Below, one piece after another: positions 9,689 to 20,268 of a stretch of DNA of 32,000 bases. The translations under genes were made by a program, and so were the position numbers. Position 1 is the first letter of the stretch, and the number at the start of each line of letters is the position of its first letter. Source of the stretch: Acaryochloris thomasi RCC1774 (GTDB lineage: Bacteria > Cyanobacteriota > Cyanobacteriia > Thermosynechococcales > Thermosynechococcaceae); contig NZ_PQWO01000008.1 of the NCBI RefSeq assembly GCF_003231495.1, forward strand, positions 194,420 to 226,419, read 5' to 3'. The notes below the pieces were generated by a model. It was given only the letters and a program-made list of their open reading frames with translations, was not told the origin of the DNA and ran no database searches.

Positions 9689-11797
9689 ATGACTACTGCT
9701 CCTGCTTCCACGACCAATCCCCTGCTGATCTGTCAGGGATTGCCCCCCTTCGATCAGATTGAGCCGCAGCATGTCGTACCGGCGATGACGCAGCTCTTGC
9801 AGGAGCTAGAACAAGAACTCTCAGCCTTAGAATCTCAAGTGCAGCCAACTTGGGCGGGGTTAGTGGAGCCACTAGAACAGCTTGAAGAGCGCCTCAGCTG
9901 GAGTTGGGGCATTGTCGGGCATCTCATGGGGGTGCAGAACAGCCCTGAATTACGCGAGGCTTACGAAGCGGTGCAGCCACAGTTGGTCACGTTCGTTAAT
10001 CAGCTCAGCCAGAGTCAGCCGCTCTATGAGGGCTACAAAGCAATTCGAGCCTCTGAAGCCTGGTCAACGCTAGAAAGTGCCCAGCAGCGAGTGATTGAAC
10101 GAGCCATTCAAGATGCAGAATTATCAGGTGTCGGGCTGACGGGAGAGAAGAAAGAGCGATTCAATGCCATTCAGCTTGAGTTAGCGGAGCTATCTACGCA
10201 GTTTTCAAATCATGTTTTAGATGCAACAAAGGCGTTCAATTTAATGCTGACGGAGCCAGCAGAGGTGGAGGGACTCCCCAAGAGCTTGCTGAGCTTGGCA
10301 GCTCAAAGCGCTCGTGCGGCGGGGAAAGAAGATGCAACACCCGAATCAGGTCCTTGGCAGATCACTTTAGATGCCCCTAGCTTTGGGCCTTTTTTGCAGC
10401 ACAGCCGACGGCGTGATTTGCGGGAGCAGGTTTACCGAGCCTATATTTCCCGCGCCTCTAGTGGTGAACTCGACAATCGAGACATCATCGAACGAATCTT
10501 AGCGCTCCGGCAAGAAGAGTCACAGATGCTGGGCTATGAGACCTACGCAGAGGTCAGTTTGGCCAGTAAGATGGCGCCTTCGGTGGCTGAGGTTGAGGCG
10601 CTGTTAGAGCAATTACGTCAGTCTAGCTATGATGCCGCCCTTGATGAACTCCAAACGCTGCAGGCCTTTGCGAAGCAGCAGGATCCTGACGTACCTGAGC
10701 TGAAGCATTGGGATACAGGTTTTTGGTCTGAGCGCCAGCGAGAGGCGAAGTATGAGTTAACCGATGAGCAGCTGCGGCCCTATTTCCCTTTGCCTCAGGT
10801 TTTGGAGGGACTCTTTGGCTTAGTGAATCGTCTGTTTGGGGTTACGGTCACCGCTGCCGATGGTGAAGCACCCGTTTGGCACCCTGATGTGCGCTACTTT
10901 CAGGTGGCGAAGGCGGGTGAGGCGATGGCCGAAGGCCGGTCGGAGACCATTGCACACTTCTACCTCGACCCCTACAGCCGCCCTGCGGAAAAGCGAGGCG
11001 GTGCCTGGATGGATGATTGCTTGGGCCGAGTCAAGCGCGGCGGAACAACGCAACTCCCGGTGGCCTATTTGACCTGCAACCAAACGCCCCCAGTGGACGG
11101 TAGCCCCAGCTTGATGACGTTCCGAGAGGTGGAAACCCTGTTCCATGAGTTTGGTCATGGTTTACAGCACATGCTCACCCAGGTGGATTATGCGGGGGCG
11201 GCAGGCATTAACAACGTTGAGTGGGATGCGGTTGAATTACCCAGTCAGTTCATGGAGAACTGGTGCTATGACCGCAGTACGCTGATGGGGATGGCTCGCC
11301 ACTACGAAACGGGTGAACCTTTACCAGAGGAGTATTTTCAGCGTCTTGTTGCGGCTCGCACCTATATGAGTGGTTCAATGACGCTGCGTCAGGTTCACTT
11401 TAGCTCAGTGGATCTTGCACTTCACTCTCGCTATCAGCCAGGAACTGGATCGAGCGCCCATGAACTTCGCAGCCAGATTGCAGAAAATACGACGGTACTT
11501 GCTCCGTTGCCCGAAGATTCATTCCTCTGTGCTTTTGGGCATATTTTTGCCGGAGGCTATGCAGCGGGTTACTACAGCTACAAGTGGGCTGAGGTGCTGA
11601 GTGCTGATGCTTTTGCGGCGTTTGAAGAGGCGGGGCTGGAAGATGGAGATGCGATCGCAACCACCGGCCAACGCTTCCGAGACACCATCTTAGCCCTTGG
11701 CGGCAGCCAACACCCCATGGAAATCTTCAAAGCATTCCGGGGCCGTGAACCCAGCTCTGAGGCATTGCTACGTCATAGCGGATTGCAGGCAGCGTAG
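9689..11797 (+). CDS. prlC: oligopeptidase A (M3 family zinc metallopeptidase)
   Basis: 702-aa ORF. The zinc motif is TLFHEFGHGLQH with a downstream E ligand region (EWDAVELPSQFMENW). Length and overall pattern are typical of PrlC/Dcp-type M3 peptidases. Confidence 0.9.
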   Translation: MTTAPASTTNPLLICQGLPPFDQIEPQHVVPAMTQLLQELEQELSALESQVQPTWAGLVEPLEQLEERLSWSWGIVGHLMGVQNSPELREAYEAVQPQLVTFVNQLSQSQPLYEGYKAIRASEAWSTLESAQQRVIERAIQDAELSGVGLTGEKKERFNAIQLELAELSTQFSNHVLDATKAFNLMLTEPAEVEGLPKSLLSLAAQSARAAGKEDATPESGPWQITLDAPSFGPFLQHSRRRDLREQVYRAYISRASSGELDNRDIIERILALRQEESQMLGYETYAEVSLASKMAPSVAEVEALLEQLRQSSYDAALDELQTLQAFAKQQDPDVPELKHWDTGFWSERQREAKYELTDEQLRPYFPLPQVLEGLFGLVNRLFGVTVTAADGEAPVWHPDVRYFQVAKAGEAMAEGRSETIAHFYLDPYSRPAEKRGGAWMDDCLGRVKRGGTTQLPVAYLTCNQTPPVDGSPSLMTFREVETLFHEFGHGLQHMLTQVDYAGAAGINNVEWDAVELPSQFMENWCYDRSTLMGMARHYETGEPLPEEYFQRLVAARTYMSGSMTLRQVHFSSVDLALHSRYQPGTGSSAHELRSQIAENTTVLAPLPEDSFLCAFGHIFAGGYAAGYYSYKWAEVLSADAFAAFEEAGLEDGDAIATTGQRFRDTILALGGSQHPMEIFKAFRGREPSSEALLRHSGLQAA

Positions 11798-11940
11798 CGC
11801 ATTAAAACTTTACGGTGAACACTGCAATGTCTGGGACAATGTAATTTACTCGGGCTGGGGTTCAGCCCCACGCTTAAATCAGACTCTATATCCAATCGTC
11901 TGAACCGGAGCATTTTGCATTGTCCCATTAACCTGAATTC

Positions 11941-12816
11941 ATGCCGGAAGAAAATCTGCTCGCCCTTGCCCAGACTGGGGATCTCGATGCCATCAAGCAG
12001 CTACTAAATCAGACCCTTCAACCCCATGCAAACCAGGTTCATGACATTTGCATCCGCAAAGACTGCCTACAAATCAGTATTGAATCTACCAACATTCCAA
12101 ATCAATCGACCCTGGTTCCTTTGATACAGCAAACTATCAGTCAGCTGCAGGTTAGCCAGATCCACGCCCTCGAAGTCTATGGGCATACGGTCGGTGACGA
12201 ACTTCCCCACTGGATGCAGCAGCTCGATTGTCTAGCATCGGCAGACACAACGGTTGCAGCAACCATCACTCAAACACCGTCTACAGAAGTAAGCCACCCG
12301 GAGACGAACCTCCCAAGCTCTCCCCCGCAGTCTGCTCCAATAGCACCTAGCACAACTGCAAATACGACAGCAGCAGACGGGCCATCCACGCCTCAAAGTC
12401 AAGCTCATAACACCATCCACTACAGCCCCGCAGTCGAAAAGATGGTTCAGGCCTATGGCTCCGGGAGTCGCGACTTCCAACAGTCCAACTTCAATGAAAC
12501 AGACCTACAGGGCATCAATCTAACCCTGGCAAATTTACAAGAGTCGCAGCTCGTATGGGCAAATCTCAGCAACGCCAGCCTTGGTCACGCCAACTTAACC
12601 CACGCTCAACTGCGACACGCCAATCTCAGCAACGCTAACTTACAGGGCGCAAAGCTTCAAGGGGCCAATTTCATAGGTGCCAATCTCACGGGTGCTAATT
12701 TGAGCTGGGCTGAGCTAAGAGGGGCAAACTTTACCGATGCTGACCTCACAGACGCCAACTTACTCAACGCAAACCTAGAGCGAGTCACAATGCCAGACGG
12801 CACCTATTTAGACTAG
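11941..12816 (+). CDS. pentapeptide repeat-containing protein
   Basis: The C-terminal ~110 aa are canonical A(D/N)LxX repeats (ANLSNASLGHANLTHAQLRHANLSNANLQGAKLQGANFIGANLTGANLSWAELRGANFTDADLTDANL). A Pro/Ser/Thr-rich linker and an N-terminal globular domain precede them. Confidence 0.85.
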   Translation: MPEENLLALAQTGDLDAIKQLLNQTLQPHANQVHDICIRKDCLQISIESTNIPNQSTLVPLIQQTISQLQVSQIHALEVYGHTVGDELPHWMQQLDCLASADTTVAATITQTPSTEVSHPETNLPSSPPQSAPIAPSTTANTTAADGPSTPQSQAHNTIHYSPAVEKMVQAYGSGSRDFQQSNFNETDLQGINLTLANLQESQLVWANLSNASLGHANLTHAQLRHANLSNANLQGAKLQGANFIGANLTGANLSWAELRGANFTDADLTDANLLNANLERVTMPDGTYLD

Positions 12817-12975
12817 TTCAGCAGCCTCAACCGCATGTACAGTCGCTTCTTCTTCTAAGTCTTCAATCGTCAAAGGATCATAGGGATCGTCATCAATAAT
12901 GACGCGGCGAACCCAATCTTGGAAAGCTTGCTGAAGATTAACAAAAAACGGAGATGAAGGGGCAGTAGATTTCAT
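12808..12975 (-). CDS. hypothetical small acidic protein (55 aa; below the ORF-track cutoff)
   Basis: Manual translation gives MKSTAPSSPFFVNLQQAFQDWVRRVIIDDDPYDPLTIEDLEEEATVHAVEAAELV*. The stop overlaps the pentapeptide gene end by 9 nt. An in-frame ATG at 12987 is also possible. No family recognised. Confidence 0.25.
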   Translation of the reverse strand: MKSTAPSSPFFVNLQQAFQDWVRRVIIDDDPYDPLTIEDLEEEATVHAVEAAELV

Positions 12976-13060
12976 GGAAGAGAGCATGTCAAGTACCTAT
13001 TATCCAAGCCTTAGGGCCATTCGCTGACAGCCAGATCCCTTCCTGAGTGGGTTCAGGACT

Positions 13061-13225
13061 TCAGAAAAGATGACTGGCAAAGATCTTGGCGTGACGGTCA
13101 ACATCTGTTCCCTGCACGAAATGACCAAGGCGAGATGGGGATTCTGCCATCATCATCATTGCCAGGAGCGTCAACACCATTGCATGACTGAAGATTAATG
13201 CCGGCTTGAAAGCTATCCCGTTCAT
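13061..13225 (-). CDS. hypothetical small membrane protein (54 aa; below the ORF-track cutoff)
   Basis: Manual translation gives MNGIAFKPALIFSHAMVLTLLAMMMMAESPSRLGHFVQGTDVDRHAKIFASHLF*. A GAGGA Shine-Dalgarno lies 7-8 nt upstream of the ATG, and there is one predicted TM helix. Confidence 0.3.
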   Translation of the reverse strand: MNGIAFKPALIFSHAMVLTLLAMMMMAESPSRLGHFVQGTDVDRHAKIFASHLF

Positions 13226-13374
13226 CAATCTATCCTCACTGACTTATTGTGCCCACTCAGTATCTTGCTTCGACATCAGAGATACAGTGACGCTGCTCTC
13301 TGACTCTTGTGATGCCGGTCACGCGGCTCATTTGCTAAGATACGAATCCATTTGCAAATATACACATTGAAGTG

Positions 13375-13547
13375 ATGAGACTTAAGTCTTGGGAGTCTCC
13401 CCGTCGAGGGAGGCAGCGAAACAAAAAGTCTCGGCAGGCAAGTGCCCGCCTGAGACAGCTAAAAAAACAGCGCCAGAAGTTACGTCAGCACCTTAAAGCC
13501 ACAACGAAACAACAGCAGACCTCAGGAAAACCACCTGAGGTTTTTTA
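13375..13547 (+). ncRNA. candidate stand-alone structured sRNA ending in an intrinsic terminator
   Basis: A series of hairpins: the palindrome AGACTTAAGTCT (~13380-13391), CTCCC-cgtcga-GGGAG, and GTCTCGGCAGGC-aagt-GCCCGCCTGAGAC. An A-rich spacer follows, then the terminator at 13519-13547. No plus-strand gene lies upstream. The only ORF here (13372..13596) reads through the terminator into sdhA. The 5' end is not defined. Confidence 0.3.
13519..13547 (+). terminator. Rho-independent terminator (plus strand)
   Basis: ACCTCAGG-aaaacca-CCTGAGGT followed by TTTTTTATT. Confidence 0.6.
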
Positions 13548-13561
13548 TTACCTATGCAGCT

Positions 13562-15289
13562 TCAATATTTGCGCTCTTGCGGTTCAAACATATTGAGATT
13601 GACCGGCATATACTGCAAATCAATTCCAGCCGCAGAGTAATAGGCTAGCGTATGTTTTAGAAACCGTTCATCATTGCGCTGTGGAAAATCTTCCCGAGAA
13701 TGAGCACCTCGACTTTCTTGACGCTGCAGTGCGCCCGTCATAATCACCTCGCCCACAATCAACAGACTCTGCAGCTCCAATGCTTCGATGATTTCAGTAT
13801 TCCAGACCTTCTCATAGTCATCGAGCCGAATTTGGCTGCACCGCTGCTTTAAAGCCTGCAATTTTGCTAGCCCTTCGGAGATAATTTCATCGGTTCGGAA
13901 GATGCTACAGTGCTCGGCCATACAGTCCTGAACCTGCTGGCGAACCTCGTTAATCCGCACTGTTCCTTGCTGGTCTAGAAGGGCTTGAATTCTGTCATGA
14001 GCCTGCTGCAGATAGCTCGATTCATCAATTTCCGGTAGCTTTTGGTTCTGCACGAATCGGGCGATGGTGGCTCCTGTTCGGCGTCCATAGACAACACATT
14101 CTAAAAGCGAATTGCTGCCTAATCGATTGGCACCATGCACCGAGACACAGGCGCATTCACCAGCCGCAAAAAAATTATCAATAAACCCATCAGCGCTGCG
14201 GCGCACTTTGCCTTCTGTATCGACGGGGATGCCCCCCATTGAGTAATGAGCGGTGGGACGAACCGGAATCGGTTCAATCACAGCATCAACGCCAGCGAGC
14301 CGGTGAGATTCTTCCCAAGCAAACGGAACGCGACTCATGATTTTTTCGCGCCCCATGTGCCGCAAATCTAAATACACAAACGGTCCACCGGCACTGCCAT
14401 CTGGATGGATGCCCCGACCGGCTCTAACTTCGGTGGTGATGGCGCGGGAGGTAATGTCGCGGGGGGCTAACTCCATTTGCTTGGGGGCATAGGTTTCCAT
14501 AAATCTATGCCCTTCACTGTTGATTAAGTAAGCCCCTTCGCCTCTAACGGCTTCAGAGATGAGGACGCCTGCAGGATATAACCCTGTGGGGTGAAACTGC
14601 ACAAACTCCATATCTTCTAGGGGAATGCCAGCCATTGCCGCCATCGACAAGCCATCTCCGGTCGAAGCAAAATCATTAGAGGTTGTATTGAAGACGCGCC
14701 CGTAACCCCCAGTGGCGAACATCACTGCCTTAGCTCTCAGAACTTTGATCTCGCCATCGAGCAGATGGTACATGACAATACCCTTGGCCTGATCGTCTTC
14801 CAGAATCAGATTGAGGACGTACCACTCGTCGTAGATCTGTACGCCGTGCTTAACGATATTGTTGTATAGCTCGTGAAGGATGGCATGTCCGGTCTTGTCA
14901 GCGGCGTAGCAGGTGCGCTTATGGCTGTGACCGCCAAAGGCACGTTGGGCAATGCGACCATCTTCTAGGCGAGAGAACAAGACACCGAGATGCTCTAGAT
15001 CGATGACCACTTCAGGGGCTTCACGGGTGAGAACCTCGACAGCATCTTGATCGGCTAGGTAATCTGAGCCTTTAACCGTGTCGAAGGCATGGGCTTCCCA
15101 GCTATCTTGAATGTCAACATTCTTGAGCGTTGCGGCCATGCCTCCCTGAGCGGCGACGGAGTGTGACCGAATAGGATGGGTTTTGGCAACCATGGCAATG
15201 CTGATAGCCGAGTCGATGCGGGCAATTTCGAGGGCTGCTCGACAGCCTGCGAGTCCGCCGCCAACGATGACCACATCATGCTCAAACAT
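13562..15289 (-). CDS. sdhA: succinate dehydrogenase / fumarate reductase flavoprotein subunit
   Basis: 575-aa ORF. It has the N-terminal FAD fold VVIVGGGLAGCRAA, the covalent-FAD region RSHSVAAQGG, and GLYPAGVLISEAVRGEGAYL, HYSMGG and RLGSNSLLE motifs typical of SdhA/FrdA. Confidence 0.9.
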   Translation of the reverse strand: MFEHDVVIVGGGLAGCRAALEIARIDSAISIAMVAKTHPIRSHSVAAQGGMAATLKNVDIQDSWEAHAFDTVKGSDYLADQDAVEVLTREAPEVVIDLEHLGVLFSRLEDGRIAQRAFGGHSHKRTCYAADKTGHAILHELYNNIVKHGVQIYDEWYVLNLILEDDQAKGIVMYHLLDGEIKVLRAKAVMFATGGYGRVFNTTSNDFASTGDGLSMAAMAGIPLEDMEFVQFHPTGLYPAGVLISEAVRGEGAYLINSEGHRFMETYAPKQMELAPRDITSRAITTEVRAGRGIHPDGSAGGPFVYLDLRHMGREKIMSRVPFAWEESHRLAGVDAVIEPIPVRPTAHYSMGGIPVDTEGKVRRSADGFIDNFFAAGECACVSVHGANRLGSNSLLECVVYGRRTGATIARFVQNQKLPEIDESSYLQQAHDRIQALLDQQGTVRINEVRQQVQDCMAEHCSIFRTDEIISEGLAKLQALKQRCSQIRLDDYEKVWNTEIIEALELQSLLIVGEVIMTGALQRQESRGAHSREDFPQRNDERFLKHTLAYYSAAGIDLQYMPVNLNMFEPQERKY

Positions 15290-15336
15290 AGAAATATCCT
15301 TTATCAGCTTGGGGGAATGAGATGCGAACGCAACTC

Positions 15337-15350
15337 GTATTCACCATTAC
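15337..15350 (+). promoter_or_regulatory. putative NtcA-type binding site (GTAN8TAC) with a correctly spaced -10 box
   Basis: GTATTCACCATTAC matches GTA-N8-TAC. After 22 nt comes TAGCTT (TAN3T) at ~15373-15378, oriented toward glsF. By chance, about 8 bare GTAN8TAC matches are expected per 32 kb. Confidence 0.3.
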
Positions 15351-15413
15351 CTTTCTCAGCAACGATCAGAGATAGCTTAATCCTAAAGGCTGCTCACGGG
15401 AGAACGGCACGTT

Positions 15414-15501
15414 GATCAAGTCGTCTTAAGCATTGAAGATCAAGTTCAGTATCAATCGCTGTGCACGGTATGGGCATCAGTCTTACAATCAAGAAATCAA
15501 G
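15414..15501. promoter_or_regulatory. cluster of ATCAAG direct repeats in the sdhA-glsF intergenic region
   Basis: ATCAAG occurs at 15414, 15438, 15488 and 15496, plus ATCAAT at 15450, all within 88 nt. Confidence 0.25.
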
Positions 15502-15678
15502 CAGGTCAGAGGGGAACTCGTTTTAGAAAGATCAGCTGTTTGAACCTGCGCTGAGACCTGCAGCGCTTCCCATGACTTCATTGAAATACCTGGGCAATTT
15601 CTAGTACTCTGGGAATCCCTGGACTTCTTGGGTTAGATAGACCTCACTCAGTTCAGCTTCACCTACTGCGTCACTAAT

Positions 15679-18600
15679 ATGAATAGCTATTCTCGTCCTT
15701 CTCAGCAAGGCCTCTACGATCCACAGTTTGAGCATGATGCCTGCGGATTGGGCTTCGTTGTCCACCAAAAAGGGAAGAAGTCCCACGAGATTATTGAACA
15801 GGCGCTAACAATTCTGGTAAACCTTGACCATCGAGGGGCCTGTGGGTGCGAGACCAATACAGGTGATGGCGCAGGTCTGTTAATGCAGCTGCCTCACAAA
15901 TTTTTCTCTAAAGAAGCAGCGCGTCTGGGGTTTGAACTCCCCGAACCTGGGCAGTACGGCGTAGGCATGATCTACGCGTCCCCCGATTCACAGCAGCGTG
16001 AAGCCGGTCGGCGAGAATTTGAAAAAATAGCGACGGCAGAAGGGCATAGGGTGCTGGGGTGGCGCGATGTCCCGACAGATAACTCGTCTCTAGGGAATAC
16101 GGCCAAGGCGAGTGAGCCGTTTATGGAGCAGGTCTTTATCCAGCGAGGTGCCGGTGTCGCTGACGATTTAGCCTTTGAGCGCAAGCTTTATGTGCTGCGG
16201 AAGCTCACTCACAATGCCATTAAGCTTTCTGGCATTGAGCCATATTGGTATGTCTCGACACTGTCTTGCCGCACCATTGTCTACAAAGGCATGTTGATGC
16301 CAATTCAAGTGGGCCAGTATTACCCCGATCTGCATGACCCAGAGATGGAAAGTGCGCTGGGGTTGGTTCATTCCCGCTTTAGCACCAACACCTTCCCGAG
16401 CTGGGACCGGGCGCATCCCTATCGCTACATTGCTCACAATGGTGAAATCAACACCATGCGCGGCAACATTAACTGGATGAATGCCCGTCAGTCGATGTTC
16501 AAGTCAGAACTATTTGGCGAGGACATGGCAAAGGTACAGCCCGTTATCAATGTTGAGGGTAGTGACTCCACAATTTTTGATAACACTTTAGAAATGCTGT
16601 TTTTAGCAGGGCGATCGCTTCCTCATTCTGTGATGATGATGATTCCCGAGCCGTGGACAGCCCACGAATCGATGAGCGCTCAGAAGAAGGCGTTTTATAA
16701 GTATCATTCTTGTCTAATGGAGCCTTGGGATGGGCCGGCTTCGATTTCTTTCACTGACGGCACGATGATCGGCGCGGTTTTGGACCGCAATGGTCTACGC
16801 CCTTCTCGCTATTACGTCACTAAAGATGACCTAGTGATTATGGCCTCTGAAGCCGGGGTGCTGCCCATTGAACCCGAGCGAGTGTTAAGCAAAGGTCGCC
16901 TCCAGCCCGGTCGGATGTTTGTCGTCGATATGGCCGAAGGTCGCATCATTGCAGACCAAGAGATTAAAGACAAAATCATCGCTGAGCATCCCTACGGAGA
17001 CTGGCTTGATCAGCAGATGGTGGGCTTAAATCAGCTTCCGGTAGTGGCGGCTGCACCTGACTATGATGCTGAGACGGTTTTGCAGCGTCAGATGGCCTTT
17101 GGCTACACCTTTGAAGAACTACGGATGCTGATGGCTCCGATGGCGAATAACGGGGTGGAAGCGATTGGGGCGATGGGGACCGATACACCGCTGGCGGTGC
17201 TGTCGAATAAGCCCAAGCTGCTTTATAACTATTTTCAGCAGTTATTTGCTCAGGTAACGAACCCCCCGATTGACTCGATTCGAGAGGCGATTATTACCTC
17301 GGCTGAAACCACCATTGGTTCAGAGCGAAATTTGCTCCAGCCAGAACCAGAAAGCTGCAATTTAATTGAACTAAAGACGCCGATTCTGACCAATGATGAC
17401 TTGGCAAAGCTAAAGGCATTGGACGGCGATCCATTTCAGTCTGTGACGCTGCCCATTCTGTTTGACCCTGATGCTGGGGTCAAGGGATTAGAGTCTGCAA
17501 TGGATCAAGTTTGTCAGCAGGCTGATGAAGCTATTGCGGCTGGGGCAAGCTTGATTATTTTGAGCGATCGCAACCTCAACGCAACCAACGCTCCCATCCC
17601 AGCATTGCTTGCTGTCGCTGGCCTCCATCATCACTTGACTCGCGCAGGTACCCGCACTCGCGTCGGTCTTGTCTTGGAATCGGGCGAACCCCGAGAGGTC
17701 CACCACTATGCGGTGCTGATTGGCTACGGCTGTGGCGCGATTAATCCGTACATGGCCTTTGAAACCATCCACGACATGATTGCTCAGGGTCTGATGGTGA
17801 ATATTGAACCCAAAGTGGCCTGCAAAAACTACATTAAGGCGGTAACGAAAGGCGTCACTAAAGTTGCCTCTAAAATTGGAATTTCAACAATCCAGAGCTA
17901 TCGCGGCGCTCAGATCTTTGAAGCCATCGGCCTCAATAAGGCTGTGGTGGATAAATACTTTAGCTGGACTGCTTCCCGGATTGAGGGAGCTGACCTAGAA
18001 GTTCTGGCAGAAGAAGCGATTCAGCGCCATCGCCACGCCTTCCCAGATCGTGATGTGGAAGTGCATACTCTTGATGTGGGTGGCGAATACCAGTGGCGGA
18101 AGGAAGGGGAAGCCCATCTCTTTAGTCCACAGGTAATTCATACGCTGCAGCAGGCCACTCAAAAGGCTGATTTTGAGCTGTTTCAGAAATATTCTGCTCT
18201 TGTGAATGAGCAGAATGAGCAGTTGTTTACGCTGCGTGGGTTGTTGGGATTTAAAGATAGAGAGCCGATTCCTTTAGATGAGGTGGAGCCGATTGAGGAG
18301 ATCACTCGACGCTTTAAAACTGGGGCGATGAGCTACGGCTCGATCTCGAAGGAGGCCCATGAGTCACTTGCGATCGCAATGAATCGAGTCGGCGGCAAAT
18401 CCAATACGGGCGAAGGCGGCGAAGACCCCGAACGCTTCACTTGGACTAACGAACAGGGTGACTCCAAAAACAGCGCCATCAAGCAGGTGGCCTCCGGTCG
18501 CTTTGGCGTCACCAGTCTCTACCTATCTCAGGCTAAAGAAATTCAAATCAAAATGGCTCAGGGCGCGAAGCCCGGAGAAGGCGGTCAGCTTCCAGGACGA

Positions 18601-20268
18601 AAGGTTTACCCCTGGATTGCCAAAGTCCGTTACTCCACCCCTGGCGTCGGTCTAATTTCGCCCCCACCCCACCACGATATCTACTCAATCGAAGATCTAG
18701 CGGAACTGATTCACGACCTTAAAAACGCCAACCGTAACGCCCGCATCAACGTCAAGCTCGTCTCTGAAGTCGGTGTTGGCACCATTGCAGCAGGCGTTTC
18801 CAAAGCCCATGCCGACGTAGTTCTCGTCTCTGGCTTTGACGGCGGCACCGGAGCCTCGCCTCAAACCTCAATTAAACACGCTGGCTTACCTTGGGAACTC
18901 GGCATTGCTGAAACCCATCAAACCTTAGTTCTCAACAACCTCCGTAGCCGTATCGTCGTGGAAACTGATGGTCAGCTCAAAACAGGCCGGGATATTGTAA
19001 TTGCGGCCCTTCTGGGAGCTGAAGAATTTGGCTTCTCCACTGCGCCGCTGGTTAGCCTCGGCTGCATTATGATGCGCGTTTGCCACATGAATACCTGTCC
19101 GGTAGGCGTCGCTACTCAAGATCCGCAGCTCCGCGAGAAATTTACGGGCGACCCAGAGCATACGGTCAACTTCATGAAGTTCATCGCCCAAGAAGTACGT
19201 GAACTGATGGCACAACTGGGCTTCCGCACCCTGAACGAAATGGTAGGGCGCTCCGATGTGCTGGAGCCGAAACGTGCGATCGACCACTGGAAAGCCAAAG
19301 GTCTGGATTTCTCTAACATTCTGCATCGGCCCGACGTGCCTGATGATGTGGGTCGCTACTGCCAGATTCCGCAAGATCACGGCTTAGAGAAGTCTTTAGA
19401 TATGACGAAGCTGCTCGATCTGTGTCAGCCTGCAATTGAAAAAGGCGAAAAGGTCGAAGCCACGGTCCCTATCCAGAACATCAACCGCGCCGTCGGCACC
19501 ATTCTCGGCAACGAGATCACCAAGCGCCATTGGGAAGGACTGCCGGAAGATACGGTGCACCTCCATTTCAACGGCAGCGCCGGACAGAGCTTTGGCGCTT
19601 TTGTGCCCAAGGGCGTGACGCTAGAGCTAGAGGGCGATGCTAACGACTACGTGGGCAAGGGCTTGAGCGGCGGCAAGATCATCCTCTATCCGCCTAAGGT
19701 TTCGACCTTTGTACCGGCAGAGAACATCATTATCGGCAACGTTGCCTTCTATGGAGCCACCAGTGGCGAAGCCTTTATTCGCGGCATGGCCGGGGAGCGG
19801 TTCTGCGTTCGCAATTCTGGGGTTCACACCGTTGTGGAAGCGATTGGCGATCACGGCTGTGAGTATATGACTGGCGGCAAGGTAGTAATTCTGGGTCCGA
19901 CGGGGCGCAACTTTGCCGCTGGCATGAGCGGCGGCGTGGCCTACGTGTTGGATGAGGCGGGTGATTTTGCGACTCGCTGCAACACTGAAATGGTGGGGCT
20001 AGAGAAGCTTGAAGATCCTGAAGAGATCAATGATCTCAAGGAGATGATTCAGCGGCATATTGACTATACCGAGAGCAAGAGGGGCATTAAGGTTCTGGCA
20101 GATTGGGAGGGGATGCTGCCGAAGTTTGTGAAGGTAATGCCGCGTGATTATAAGCGAGTTTTGCAGGCGATTGAGAAGGCGATCGAGGATGGATTGAGTG
20201 GTGATGATGCGCTGTCGGCTGCTTTTGAGCAAAATGCTCGCGATGTCGCCCGAATTAGTGGTAGCTAG
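15679..20268 (+). CDS. glsF: ferredoxin-dependent glutamate synthase (Fd-GOGAT)
   Basis: 1529-aa ORF. It has the N-terminal class II amidotransferase Cys ([10 protein letters not shown]), the FMN and 3Fe-4S region ([21 protein letters not shown]) and the C-terminal GXGXG beta-helix domain. Single-polypeptide size is typical of cyanobacterial and plastid Fd-GOGAT. Confidence 0.95.
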   Translation: MNSYSRPSQQGLYDPQFEHDACGLGFVVHQKGKKSHEIIEQALTILVNLDHRGACGCETNTGDGAGLLMQLPHKFFSKEAARLGFELPEPGQYGVGMIYASPDSQQREAGRREFEKIATAEGHRVLGWRDVPTDNSSLGNTAKASEPFMEQVFIQRGAGVADDLAFERKLYVLRKLTHNAIKLSGIEPYWYVSTLSCRTIVYKGMLMPIQVGQYYPDLHDPEMESALGLVHSRFSTNTFPSWDRAHPYRYIAHNGEINTMRGNINWMNARQSMFKSELFGEDMAKVQPVINVEGSDSTIFDNTLEMLFLAGRSLPHSVMMMIPEPWTAHESMSAQKKAFYKYHSCLMEPWDGPASISFTDGTMIGAVLDRNGLRPSRYYVTKDDLVIMASEAGVLPIEPERVLSKGRLQPGRMFVVDMAEGRIIADQEIKDKIIAEHPYGDWLDQQMVGLNQLPVVAAAPDYDAETVLQRQMAFGYTFEELRMLMAPMANNGVEAIGAMGTDTPLAVLSNKPKLLYNYFQQLFAQVTNPPIDSIREAIITSAETTIGSERNLLQPEPESCNLIELKTPILTNDDLAKLKALDGDPFQSVTLPILFDPDAGVKGLESAMDQVCQQADEAIAAGASLIILSDRNLNATNAPIPALLAVAGLHHHLTRAGTRTRVGLVLESGEPREVHHYAVLIGYGCGAINPYMAFETIHDMIAQGLMVNIEPKVACKNYIKAVTKGVTKVASKIGISTIQSYRGAQIFEAIGLNKAVVDKYFSWTASRIEGADLEVLAEEAIQRHRHAFPDRDVEVHTLDVGGEYQWRKEGEAHLFSPQVIHTLQQATQKADFELFQKYSALVNEQNEQLFTLRGLLGFKDREPIPLDEVEPIEEITRRFKTGAMSYGSISKEAHESLAIAMNRVGGKSNTGEGGEDPERFTWTNEQGDSKNSAIKQVASGRFGVTSLYLSQAKEIQIKMAQGAKPGEGGQLPGRKVYPWIAKVRYSTPGVGLISPPPHHDIYSIEDLAELIHDLKNANRNARINVKLVSEVGVGTIAAGVSKAHADVVLVSGFDGGTGASPQTSIKHAGLPWELGIAETHQTLVLNNLRSRIVVETDGQLKTGRDIVIAALLGAEEFGFSTAPLVSLGCIMMRVCHMNTCPVGVATQDPQLREKFTGDPEHTVNFMKFIAQEVRELMAQLGFRTLNEMVGRSDVLEPKRAIDHWKAKGLDFSNILHRPDVPDDVGRYCQIPQDHGLEKSLDMTKLLDLCQPAIEKGEKVEATVPIQNINRAVGTILGNEITKRHWEGLPEDTVHLHFNGSAGQSFGAFVPKGVTLELEGDANDYVGKGLSGGKIILYPPKVSTFVPAENIIIGNVAFYGATSGEAFIRGMAGERFCVRNSGVHTVVEAIGDHGCEYMTGGKVVILGPTGRNFAAGMSGGVAYVLDEAGDFATRCNTEMVGLEKLEDPEEINDLKEMIQRHIDYTESKRGIKVLADWEGMLPKFVKVMPRDYKRVLQAIEKAIEDGLSGDDALSAAFEQNARDVARISGS

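Noticed and set aside
13372-13596. 74-aa highly basic ORF (RRGRQRNKKSRQASARLRQLKKQRQKLRQ...)
   Set aside because: It reads straight through a strong intrinsic terminator hairpin and 35 nt into the sdhA coding region. It is more parsimoniously an artefact of an A/G-rich structured non-coding region.
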